DNA from: a virus
Direction: 5' to 3' (one strand)
Virus record (IMG/VR): IMGVR_UViG_3300038701_001167
Span: 7,536 to 71,535 of that record
Length of the DNA: 64,000 bases
Shown here: positions 26,805 to 37,500 of the stretch, piece after piece
How the letters are laid out: the number at the start of each line of letters is the position of its first letter
How positions within the stretch are numbered: position 1 is the stretch's first letter
The notes under the pieces: generated by a model
What the model saw: the letters and a program-made list of their open reading frames with translations, nothing else
Database searches by the model: none
Told to the model about the DNA's origin: nothing
Translations under genes and position numbers: made by a program

Positions 26805-29134
26805 TGGGCCTGTTTGCTGACAAGATAAGCACCGTCGTTGCGTCGAGTGCCTATAACCTGGCTGGGGATGAAAGTTCCCAGCCAGACCCTGTGAAGTCAG
26901 CAATCATAAGTTCAGTGCTTGCAGACCGGACGGATCAGATCGGTAAGGTCTTGAGCCAGTCTATCACGCAGGGGACAGTTGTGTCTCAGAAGCGGTTTCT
27001 TCGTTTCATGGAAGAGAACCATTCTGATTACATGATCACTGGTTCAGTCAACAGCTTCACCACTGTCCAAGCTCAAGACATCGTGGCTCCGGTATCGACG
27101 CTGTTGGGATTGAACCAAGATCAAATCCTCAGGATCGCTGCAGCAAAGATCGATGTGGGTGAGATCGATTATTGGGCCGAAGACTGGGTAGGAAAGAACC
27201 ACCCTGATCTGGAGCGAGATGATTGGTTCGCTGAGTTCATTGATGCGTCCAACACGATCAGGATCAACTTGCCTGGGCAGGTGAGCGTCGACATTGCTGC
27301 CCCTAGTGATTTGCTTTGGGCTACGGCGCCTCAGACTGGCTTAGAATTACGCAAGCTTCTCTACGTGGCGTACACGGTGGTGGAACCAGGTGAGACTAAT
27401 GAGGAAGCGGCTGAGAGCTCTCTCGACTTGTTTGTGTATCGGATGGGATCGGGCAATGCTGTTTTGGATGCTTTGACTGGTTCATCTCAGGTGATGACAG
27501 AGTTCTATCCATCCTTGCCTGTTCGGTTGAGAAACCGGAGTTTGCGGCATGAGGATTACACGGCCGAATATGCCATCGCAAAGACAGCCTACAAAAAACT
27601 GACCGGACAAAAGCTCGATGATCTTCTCGACACAGTGGAAGACAACGAGAACATTGATGATATTGACTACGCGTTCATCACGATGGGAGTGGCTCTCAAC
27701 ACCCAGAACCAGACAGCCAAAGAGTATCTCTACAAGTTCCTGGCTCAGCTGAAAAACACACAGTCTGCTACCAAGGTGGAGTATGACACGTTCAAAGACC
27801 GTGTAGTTGCAGCTGAAAGATCTCGCCTGGAATGGGAACGGTATCTTAGTCGACAAGAGCAAGGGATTGGTTGGAACTTTGGGGAAGAGCCTCCCGAAGA
27901 ACCTCAGGAAGTGGCTACGGTTCCTCCCCTCAATACGTTTGAGATGAATTCCCCGGCTTTGGATAATCTTCGTCAGCGTCTGTCATGGTGCTTCATGACG
28001 GAGAGCCAAAGAGTTGGAAACTGTAATCGCTTTGATGGGGACCCAAACCGCACCAAAGCAAAGAAAGGTGATTACTTCATTCATGTTGGTTCTCCCTATC
28101 AGTTTGAGACCCGGTACAAGAGAGTAGGCCAAGGCGAAGATGGATATGTAGAAAGGTACTTTTGGAAGACAGTGGATCTTCCCCGTATCTTTTTGTTCCA
28201 TCAGACTGGGGAGTTCACGTACACTCAGCTTGAGATCGTTGGCTTCAAGCATGAGAACTTCGTCTACAAAACAGAAGCTGTTGAGATCACGGCTCAGGAA
28301 GCTCTGGAAGAAACCGATGAAACTGGTTTCATAATTCCATTGCATGCCCCTACCCTGACTGAAATGGGAATGTCTAAGGCTACCCGTATGTCGGGCAGTG
28401 TGAGCCACATTGTGTTCAACAGCTATGAGCGTGTTCGACAGAAGTGGTATGAGAAGACCGTCTTCAAGATCTTGCTTGTGGTGGTTGCTGCTGCTCTGAG
28501 TGTGATTATCCCTGGATTGGGTGGAGCCGCAGCCTCTGGTATTCTTGGTTCCAATGTCGCCGTTGGCATTTCACTAGGGATGACCACTGCTTTCTCTGCT
28601 GCCCTTGCTGGTGCCATTGCCAATGCTCTGGCTGCTGTTGTCATCACAACACTCATCTCAACTGGTTCAACAGCTGTGTTCGGAGAGAAGATTGGTGCTG
28701 TGATCGGAACCATCGCCTCGTTTGTGGTCATGAGCTATGGATCGTTCAACACCACTACGAATACCTTCAGCGTAGACTGGAGCCAGATGATGAGGGCAGA
28801 GAATATCCTCAAACTGGCTGATGCAGCTTCTGATGCAATCTCTCGGTTTATGGCTGCCGAGGTTGTTGAGATGCAGGGAGACCTGAGTGACTTGAGTGCT
28901 GATTACGCTCAAGAGCTTGAAGACATGCAGGACCTGACACAGAAGGTACTTGGTTCCACTGGTGTCGAACTGGATTTCAGCATTATTCAGGATGCCTCTT
29001 TGAATTATGGAGAGTCTCGGGATGCGTTCCTAAGCAGGACGTTGCTGACAGGAACTGACGTCGTTAAAATATCACAGAACATGATCTCGGATTTTGCTGA
29101 GATCTCATTGAGGCTACCAAAGGCGTTTGTCTAA
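26804..29134 (+). CDS. N4 gp53 homolog (structural, hydrophobic C-terminal region)
   Basis: MGLF start; QKWYEK..FK followed by TM-like segments; synteny. Confidence 0.75.
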   Translation: MGLFADKISTVVASSAYNLAGDESSQPDPVKSAIISSVLADRTDQIGKVLSQSITQGTVVSQKRFLRFMEENHSDYMITGSVNSFTTVQAQDIVAPVSTLLGLNQDQILRIAAAKIDVGEIDYWAEDWVGKNHPDLERDDWFAEFIDASNTIRINLPGQVSVDIAAPSDLLWATAPQTGLELRKLLYVAYTVVEPGETNEEAAESSLDLFVYRMGSGNAVLDALTGSSQVMTEFYPSLPVRLRNRSLRHEDYTAEYAIAKTAYKKLTGQKLDDLLDTVEDNENIDDIDYAFITMGVALNTQNQTAKEYLYKFLAQLKNTQSATKVEYDTFKDRVVAAERSRLEWERYLSRQEQGIGWNFGEEPPEEPQEVATVPPLNTFEMNSPALDNLRQRLSWCFMTESQRVGNCNRFDGDPNRTKAKKGDYFIHVGSPYQFETRYKRVGQGEDGYVERYFWKTVDLPRIFLFHQTGEFTYTQLEIVGFKHENFVYKTEAVEITAQEALEETDETGFIIPLHAPTLTEMGMSKATRMSGSVSHIVFNSYERVRQKWYEKTVFKILLVVVAAALSVIIPGLGGAAASGILGSNVAVGISLGMTTAFSAALAGAIANALAAVVITTLISTGSTAVFGEKIGAVIGTIASFVVMSYGSFNTTTNTFSVDWSQMMRAENILKLADAASDAISRFMAAEVVEMQGDLSDLSADYAQELEDMQDLTQKVLGSTGVELDFSIIQDASLNYGESRDAFLSRTLLTGTDVVKISQNMISDFAEISLRLPKAFV

Positions 29135-29186
29135 ATGGTGTGACATCACACCAAATCACACCACGTAAGGAGACATGAGGTGAAAT

Positions 29187-29720
29187 ATGGGACTTAATCT
29201 AATCCCCGCTCAACCGGCAGGATCCGGGTTGGACTCGATGTTCAACTACGGCCAGCCCTACAACATGGGAATGCCTGCAGGCCCTGCCCCGGCTGCCAAT
29301 GCTGCTCCGACAGTACCTTCGGTGCCTGGTGTTATGCCATCAGCTCCTGGGATGAATACAGGTGTTGGGCTCACTCCAGATGCTGTTGCGAACTGGTCTG
29401 TGCCAACTGCTGAGACTGCACCGGGAAATTTGGCTCAGGGAATGACATGGGGAACCATGCCAATGGCCAACAAGATGCAGACCATCTTTGGTGGCATCTC
29501 GACACTGGGCAAACTCTATTCGGCATTCCAGTCCCACAAGCTGGCTCGTGACTCGTTGGACTTCCAGAAGAAGAGCTACAAAGAGAACCTGAACAATCAG
29601 CGGACCTCTTTTAACATGGCTCTGGAAGATCGAGCCAATGCTCGTGCGTCTTACTCTGCGTCTGATACCGCTCAACAGGATGCCGAAGCCTACATCGAAA
29701 AGCATCGGCTGGGAGGCTAA
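29187..29720 (+). CDS. N4 gp52 homolog (virion/ejection protein)
   Basis: Synteny; LARDSLDFQK...N.Q..SFN.ALEDR; no Cys seen. Confidence 0.7.
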   Translation: MGLNLIPAQPAGSGLDSMFNYGQPYNMGMPAGPAPAANAAPTVPSVPGVMPSAPGMNTGVGLTPDAVANWSVPTAETAPGNLAQGMTWGTMPMANKMQTIFGGISTLGKLYSAFQSHKLARDSLDFQKKSYKENLNNQRTSFNMALEDRANARASYSASDTAQQDAEAYIEKHRLGG

Positions 29721-29723
29721 ACC

Positions 29724-31412
29724 ATGCGTGGACGTATTACTTGGCAGAACGTCGCTGCCCCGGATTTTCGTGATGCTCTCATGGGGACACGTCAGGCTGG
29801 GGATTCGTTCTCGGAAGCTTTTGGAACCCTGGCCGGATTGGCCGGGGATTATCGCAATCTCCAAAAGGAAACTGCATCAAATGATGCCATCACCAAAGCA
29901 TTGGGGATCACTGACCCTAATGTTTTGGCTCAAGCTGCTGCAAATGGCGGTCTGTTCAATCCTCAGGATATGACGGCAGAAGCCATGGACTTTTTCCAGA
30001 ACCGCCGAACTACATTGCTTGGGGATCAGAACACTCAAGCAAGCACTGCTGGTACTCGGGCCAGAACTGCAAAGACTTTGGCTGACACAGCTTGGGATGC
30101 TCAACGTCGTCCTGTTGAAGCTGCTCGTGAAGATGCACTGTGGTATGACAGTCGGATTGATAGGGAGTTTACACTAGATCAGCGGAAACTTGGGGTTGAA
30201 CGGGATGATGTGAATTGGTATGACAGTCGCATTGATAGACAATTCGAACTGGATCAGCGGGAACGTGATGCGGGACGTGCTGATGTAAGCTGGAATGATA
30301 ACCGGATCGATCGGGAGTTTGCACTGGATCAACGTGAACGCGGGATTGCAGCTCAAAACAAAGCAGATGCTACCGCAGCACTCCAAAGCGAAGCACGTCG
30401 AGTTGCCAACACTGTGGCAGATGGCTCATTGAACTTGGAAGAAGCAAAAGGACATATTATCCGAATGGGTCTGGCTCCTGATGCAGAACAGTTTGCTCTG
30501 GCAGAACTAGACAAGGTTGATCCAGCTCAGTGGGCAATCTCAGACACAACTCGTCGTGAAGTGGCTGCAAAACCTGTCTTCAATCAGTTGGGTGAAAGCC
30601 TGGACAGCCGTCGTGCTGAGATGAACATCGCTTTTGGTGCTGACGCAGATACTCGTCTTTGGGCAACATCGATCGATCGTTTTGAGGGAAGCTCAAACCC
30701 AATTCTTGATGTGATTGAAGGGCAGTTCAGCGGTAAGGCTGAGTCGCCGGAACTCAACGAGAGCCGGAACTCAATTGTGTCGGCATATGAAAGACTGAAC
30801 AAGCAGTTTGATCTACCTCCCGAAGTGATTGCCGGTGTTGTTGAAGAGTCTCTCACAGATGGCGGTTGGTTCTCTGATGGTAAGCTCGAAGTGGATGAAC
30901 GAGCTGCTGCACAACGTCTTGCTGCTATGTCTACCCCAAAAAAGCGCAATCGTCTTGAGAGTGCTCGTCAGGCCTATCTCCGGGAAGACCGGAACATTGG
31001 AGACATTGAAAGCAAGTATGAACGCTTGCTGGAGCAGGCTGCCAAAGCAACACGGGATGGTAAACCTGAAAAGGCACGGGAGTTTGAAGAAGACGCAAAA
31101 GAACTCTTTGATGACTTCGTGAAGTACCGCCGAGCTGCCCCGGTAGACGGATTGATGATTGAAAAAGAAAGTCGTAAAGACGAAGTAAGCCAAGCAGATG
31201 CAGCGTTCCAAGCCGCAGCTCAACAAGCGGCACAGAACCCCAATCAATCCTTGGCTCTCCCAATGGGTCCGACTGCTGATGGAGTAGCCAATACTTCAAC
31301 CGCACGAGGCGTGGACTACACACAAAGCATTGCAGCCAACCCAGGAAATAGAGGGATAAATTTCTGGGATCGTTTTATGTCAGAGCTGAGGGGTGGTTCG
31401 GCATACGATTGA
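29724..31412 (+). CDS. N4 gp51-position ejection protein with three 25-aa repeats
   Basis: ITWQNVAAP start; immediately upstream of vRNAP; no Cys seen. Confidence 0.7.
   Translation: MRGRITWQNVAAPDFRDALMGTRQAGDSFSEAFGTLAGLAGDYRNLQKETASNDAITKALGITDPNVLAQAAANGGLFNPQDMTAEAMDFFQNRRTTLLGDQNTQASTAGTRARTAKTLADTAWDAQRRPVEAAREDALWYDSRIDREFTLDQRKLGVERDDVNWYDSRIDRQFELDQRERDAGRADVSWNDNRIDREFALDQRERGIAAQNKADATAALQSEARRVANTVADGSLNLEEAKGHIIRMGLAPDAEQFALAELDKVDPAQWAISDTTRREVAAKPVFNQLGESLDSRRAEMNIAFGADADTRLWATSIDRFEGSSNPILDVIEGQFSGKAESPELNESRNSIVSAYERLNKQFDLPPEVIAGVVEESLTDGGWFSDGKLEVDERAAAQRLAAMSTPKKRNRLESARQAYLREDRNIGDIESKYERLLEQAAKATRDGKPEKAREFEEDAKELFDDFVKYRRAAPVDGLMIEKESRKDEVSQADAAFQAAAQQAAQNPNQSLALPMGPTADGVANTSTARGVDYTQSIAANPGNRGINFWDRFMSELRGGSAYD
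30126..30350 (+). repeat. 3 x 75-nt intragenic tandem repeat
   Basis: REDALWYDSRIDREFTLDQRKLGVE / RDDVNWYDSRIDRQFELDQRERDAG / RADVSWNDNRIDREFALDQRERGIA. Confidence 0.9.
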
Positions 31413-31455
31413 TAAGCAAAGCTTGCTTACACACTCTTCTGTAAAAGATACGCAT

Positions 31456-31478
31456 AGGGAGCCTTAGGGCTCCCTTTT
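31456..31478 (+). terminator. intrinsic terminator directly upstream of vRNAP
   Basis: AGGGAGCC-TTAG-GGCTCCCT-TTT. Confidence 0.7.
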
Positions 31479-31501
31479 GCTGTTGAAGAAGTGGAACAAT
31501 A

Positions 31502-34500
31502 ATGTCCGGCATCGATCTCAACTTTGGAAACCAACCCAAAGTGAACCAAACCAAATCAAATCAAAAGCAGGCACAGGTGGAAGACACCTCACTCGCCAAG
31601 AAGCTTCAGTTTGGTTCTCAGCAGGATCAGTGGGCTCTGGCTACAGCCATGCAGAATGGCAATGCCATTTCCCAAGATGAGTTCATGCGAGACATGACCA
31701 ATGCCAGCGACACAGATATCGCTGCAAAATATGGCTTTGAGGTGGTTCAGAATCGTGCCGGATACCTTCAACAGTATCGTGATCTGGAAGCCTTCAAGCA
31801 AAGCTCAGGTGAGCCAGTAGACATTGCAAACGATACCGCAGTGTCTGTTACCAAAGGAGCTATGAACACAGCTGGAGCCATGGGATCGATCGCTGCCTCT
31901 GCATGGGATGCCGTAACAGCCGGTCCTCGTGCTCTGGGTGAGCAAATTCATGGCCAGGCTCAGACACCTCTGAGTGAGGTTGCTGCAGAAGGATTGAACT
32001 GGGCCAATGAAGCAGTAGACGGACTGAAGTCGGATCGGTCTGTTGAGATGCGGAACCAGTTTGCTTTGGAACAATCCCTGGATCAGCAAGATCGGGATGC
32101 AGAATTCGAAGCTGGCGAGACCAAAGGGTTCGTGGATCAGGCCATCACTGAAGCCAAGAAGTTTGGTGACACAATCGCAAACCTTGCTGACAATCCGTAT
32201 ACGGCAATGGAAACTGTTGCTGAAGGTATTGGCTCACTTGGCCCAATAGCAAAGACCATTCAAGGTCTGGCTCGTGCAAACACAGCTCGAAAGCTTGTTG
32301 CCGAAGGAATGACCAAAAAAGAAGCTCGTGATCTGATACAAAGGGATGCTGGTCAGGCACTGGTTCAAGAAGAAGCTCTTCGTCTGGTACCCACAGTTAC
32401 TGCTCTCACTGAAGGTGGAAGTGCTGGTCTTCAGGCTCGTCAAGAAATTCTGGCCATGTCCGAAGAAGAGCTGATGCAGTCTCCTGAATATCAGAAGATG
32501 ATTGAGGACGGGATGGATCCGGATCAGGCACGATCCAAACTCATCGAGATGGCAGGCCGCCCTGCAGAACTGACTGGTGCCACTCTCGGTTTGTTGACAG
32601 GTCGTATCAGCAGAGCGTTCGAAGCCTCTCCCGGTAAGGTTGGTTCCGGCGCTGGTGCAGGCAAGACAGTGGCTCTGGAGACCGGTGAAGAAGCTCTACA
32701 AGAAGCCTCGAACCAAGCTGCCTCGAATGTGGGTGTGAATGCTGCAGGCTTTGAACGTGAGATCACAGATGGACTTGGTGAAGCAGCTGCCATGGGTGCC
32801 GCAGGTGGATTGGGAACAGCCGGTGTCATGCAGGCGCCTGGAGCAGCAGCCACAGCCGTTGTTGAGACAGCCAAGGCCACAGGTCGAGCAGCAGAAGCCG
32901 GGTTCAAAGCTCGTATGAATTCTATCGAGCAGGCAACTGATGATGCCAGCCCAGTTGGTCAGAAAGCCGTTTCTGGAACCAGTGAGCAGATGCGCAAGGA
33001 TGCAGCTGTGATCTCTGAAGTGGCAGCAAATGAAACCACACCAGAGCAAATCAAAGCACTTGATACCAAAGTACAGGAAGCCCTGTATCTGCCAGATGAA
33101 GATGCTGACAGCTACATCGAGAGCTTGCCTGCTCTGGCTCAAGTGAAAGAGTCCACCGGGAAAGTCGATCGATACTCGCTCATCAACGAAGTCTCTCCGA
33201 TCATCACCAATGAAGAAATCGCTCCGGTAGATCGTCTGGGAGCAGCTGTGCTTGTGATGGAGTCCTTCGATGCACTCCGGTCGCTGGACAATGATGAGAG
33301 CAATGCACTGGTTCAGTCATTGGAAGCTGGAGATCAGACTGGTTCTCGCTTTGGTCGACTAAAGAAAGACGTGAACAAGCTGACGTCTTCTCCGGCAGTG
33401 AAGCGTGCTGAAGAGATCATCCGTACTCTTGAGCCTGAGATGATCAATGCAGTGTTTCCTCTTACTGAGAATGCTGATGCTGCAACTCTGCAGGCCTACC
33501 GTACAATCAGCCGGTACAATACTCTGGCCATCGATGAGAGCCAGTATGACATGGTTCTGGAACAGGTGAGTGAGAACGACGCTCTTCGAAAGGAGTTCAC
33601 TGCAGGCAAAGAAGCTCGCAAGATCTTCGACGAGGCTGACAAAGCAAAAGCGTCTCTCTCAGAAGAGGTAGGTGGTTCCTACAACACCAAGTCCATGGTG
33701 CGTGAACAGATCTTGTCTACCGGCAACAAGAACAATGACATGCCATCGATTGTGGAACATTACCGCAATGTGATGGATAACATGGCCATTGGTCGTAAAG
33801 AAGAAGCAGCCGCAGCACTGGTTGAATTGCGTGAGTTTGCGCAGTCCCAAGTGAACAAGACCGTTGCATTCAACACAGCTGCAGATACTGGCGTGACCAA
33901 TGCAGCAGACGGTATTGGCTATGAAGCTTACGGACCGTTCAAGAATTACTTCCGCAAAGAGGGCGGAGCCTGGTTCAACAAGAACTCTCCCAACTCTGTT
34001 GCTCTGGCTCGTGATGTCCATGTGGACACAACAGCAGTGGCAAACACATACAACACTCTGGCTGAGATTTATCCCGAACTGGTGAGCAACGGTGAGACTC
34101 GGATTGATGTTCCTGAGCTGAGTCAGATAATCACCGAATCCAAATCTGCACCGATTGAGACCGATCCAGTTGAGCCTGAAAAGGCAGAACGTCGTATTCG
34201 TAAAGACGCAAAGCCGGATGCTTCTTTGACAGATGCAGTCACACCGGAAGGGCAGGCTGTTAAAGATGCTGTGACGAAAAAGGCAAAAGCTCAGAAGCGT
34301 ACCACAGCAAAGCAAACCACACCCAAACCAACCAAGTCAGAACCAGTCAAAGCAGAGGAGCCGGTCGAAAGCACCACGAAGGTGGAGGCAGAGCCGGAAC
34401 CTGAAGTGATTGCTGAAGACAAGGCGGATGTGGAAGAGTTGATCTCTGAAGCAGACACCATTGCCGAAGTCGAAGAGACACCTGAGACAGAACAAAAGTC

Positions 34501-37500
34501 TCTGGCAGATGTGTTCCCGAACCTCATCAAAGAGAACGGAAACAACTGGTTCCTCAAGACCTTCAGCCGTCGTGAAAATGGCTCCAAGTTTCTAGATCAA
34601 GACAGCCCTATGGAAACCCTGTTGCGTGAAGTGACCGGGCTCAATGCAGAGCAGTCCAATGAACTGAAGACCCTCAAAGATGTTCTGGCTCCGAAGCTCC
34701 AGGAGTATCTGGATGGGATGGCCAAAGACGGATTGCTCAATCCGAAGATGGGCTGGCTCAAGAGCCTGATGGAAGGAACCAAGGACGTTCTGGGATACAA
34801 GAACGCTTCCTCACTCAACTTCCGCAGCACAGTCGATGGGAAAGGTCAGTTTGATCCGAAAGTGATCGAAGCCTTCACCATGGCTGTTGGGGAATGGATG
34901 CTGAAATCTGAAGCGCGTTTGCCGCGGCAACTGGACAATGAAGAGATCAATAAGCGGTTCGGCCGCAACCGTGATCATGCCGTCACTGACTTTGAACGTC
35001 AGCTGGTGAACCTTGGTGGTATCCAGCTTCAGTCAGTGATCGATGACATCAGTGGTTCCGCCATGAAACTGATGGGCGTCACAGCTGACAAGTCTCAGCC
35101 GGTGAAGTTCTCTCAAGGTATCTTCCGGGGTATGGCTGCCAACGTGCTGGAAGCTCTGGCTGATAGTGAAGGTGCCGACTGGATTGGGATCACCCAGTAT
35201 GACTATGACGTGAATGGCTCCAAGCGGACCTACACCTCGATCCAACTCAACAAGGATGTGGATGCGGTCAAAGACTTCACTCAAGCACTAAAAGGCCGAC
35301 AGGACCTGTTTGAAAAGGTGTTCTTGGAAGCGCCAGAAGCAGATTACTTCTTTGAGCCAATTCAAGAGACACCTCGCTCTGTCACACGTCAGCGGTTCAA
35401 TGAAGTTCAGCCGATTGCCGAGAAGGTTATCAAACGGCTCCAAAGCACACCAAACCGCTTTGTAGCACCGATGATGGAATTTCGTAGTGCTTTGGGAGAT
35501 GACGTGTTCAAGCGTCTGGCAGGGTTCCGTGACTTCGATCCGAAGACCACAAATGAAGCGCATGCTACCAGCATTCAGTCCAAGAACCGGTCCATTGAAC
35601 GGGCTCTGGATGGGATCGATCAGCACTATGCTCGTGCAGAAGCCTATGCGGCAGAGCAGGGCAAGACAGCTGAGCAGACTGATCTGTTCTTCAAGTGGAA
35701 CATTTCGAGCGTGGGACGTCTTCAGCAGGAAGGGTACATCACACCTCAGGGTGACAAGATTGCCCGTGAAATGATCTCTTCCACCATGTCGACACTGGAT
35801 CTCAACAATGAGAACCATGTGAAAGCGATCTGGCTCGCTGCAGCACAGGCATTTGATATCAAGCCTGGTATCGAGAAGCAGTCACATGAAAAGTCTGTTC
35901 GGGACATTCAGGAACTCTTCAACGGTGATCTGAAGCCAGCCATGGAGCTGGTCAAAGACTGGATGATCTCTGGTGAGATGACAGATGCCGATGCACTGGA
36001 AGCAGCTTTGATCAACTCTGGTGCAGACATCTCTATGAAATCTGTTCACGCTCTGTTGACCGTGGCCCAGATGGAATACGTGCTTGAAAATGACCCAGAA
36101 GGTGCAGGAATTTTCCAAACATCTTTGGCTCTTGAAGCGGACGGCAAGACTGATGGTCCGATTAATGCGATGATCAACGTGGGCTTTGGACAATTCACAC
36201 CCCATCAAATCAAAGTAATGGCCAAGGGTGGTCTGATCGTCTCTGGTTCAGAGATGAGCCTGAACCGGTACATCGAAGGCGATGCAGAACACACAGGGGA
36301 CAAAGAAGACCTCTACGAAGTGGCTGCACAGAGCCTGGAACGGAACCTGGGATCGTACACAGCTGAGAATGCTCCGGTGATCTTTGACCTGATGGACACA
36401 TTCCTGAAAGGTTTTTCCTTCAAAGACGGCAAGCTCGACATTGGCCGGAACCTGATCAAGAACCCTCTGACGGTGTTGCTCTATGGTTCGGGCAAAGCAG
36501 GTATCGCATCCAAGCTGGCGTCTGCCATCAAAGACGAACTGCATGCGTTGATGAGTGACATCGCTGAGTCCGGTAAGCCGTGGCATCAGCATCCGAAGTT
36601 CATTGAGAACCCGGCTCTGGTTGATACCCTGAAAGCTGTGTTTGGGAACCAGATCATTTCACTGCTGGAAAACCCAATCAAATCCAAGATCGAGGGACCT
36701 CTTGAGAAAGCTCTGAGTGGTCAGATCGACGAGACGATAGGGGAAGCCCTTGTAGAAGCGATCGACGAAGCCACAGGTGGCCTGCGTGAAGCCATGGAGC
36801 TTGTTCGGACTGCAACCCAGATCCAAGGAATTGCTTTCGAGGATGCCTATGACAAGGCCATCGAGCGTATCCGGACCGAGAAAGGTCTCAAGAAGAGCCA
36901 GCTGAGTGAGAAGGATTACGAGACAGCTTTCGTGGAAGCATCTCAAGTGGCTCCGATCTACAACAACGGTGCTCAGGAATTCCACATCGTTGCATCTGAG
37001 AAATACTCCAGCGAGAACCAGATCTCATCTTCGTTGCGGGAACGGTTGTCCAGTGGTGCCACTATTCCGAAGCCTGGTGCCGTGGGTGTGAAGGGTCAGC
37101 CTTATCTGGTGATTGGTACTGGTGATGGTAGGATGATCATCAACATCCTTGAAGCCGGCGATGCAGATATGGACCGGACACTGATGGTGTTCGATGGTGT
37201 GGAAATTGCTCTCGACAACGTCTTCAGTGCATCCCGTCAGATCAACCAAGCTGTCTGGAAAGGATGGCAGGAAGAGAGCGTGACCACATTGGTTCACGAT
37301 GGCTATCAGAACTTCCTGCGTCAGTTCAAACCCGATGAGTTGGGTGAGAAAGGCAAAGAAGCGCTCAACAAGCTGGCCAAGTCCAACAAGACTGGTGTGG
37401 ACAATCTGATCTCTGGTGTTGGTTCCCAACTGCAAGCTAAGTCGGCTCAGAACCTGGCTCGTAAGAAAGCCCTGTCCAAAGTCCAAGCCTACATCGATCA

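Noticed and set aside
31544-31567. CAAAC/CAAAT pentamers at the start of vRNAP as a motif copy
   Set aside because: They lack the CACACCA core and can be explained by Asn/Gln/Lys/Ser codons.
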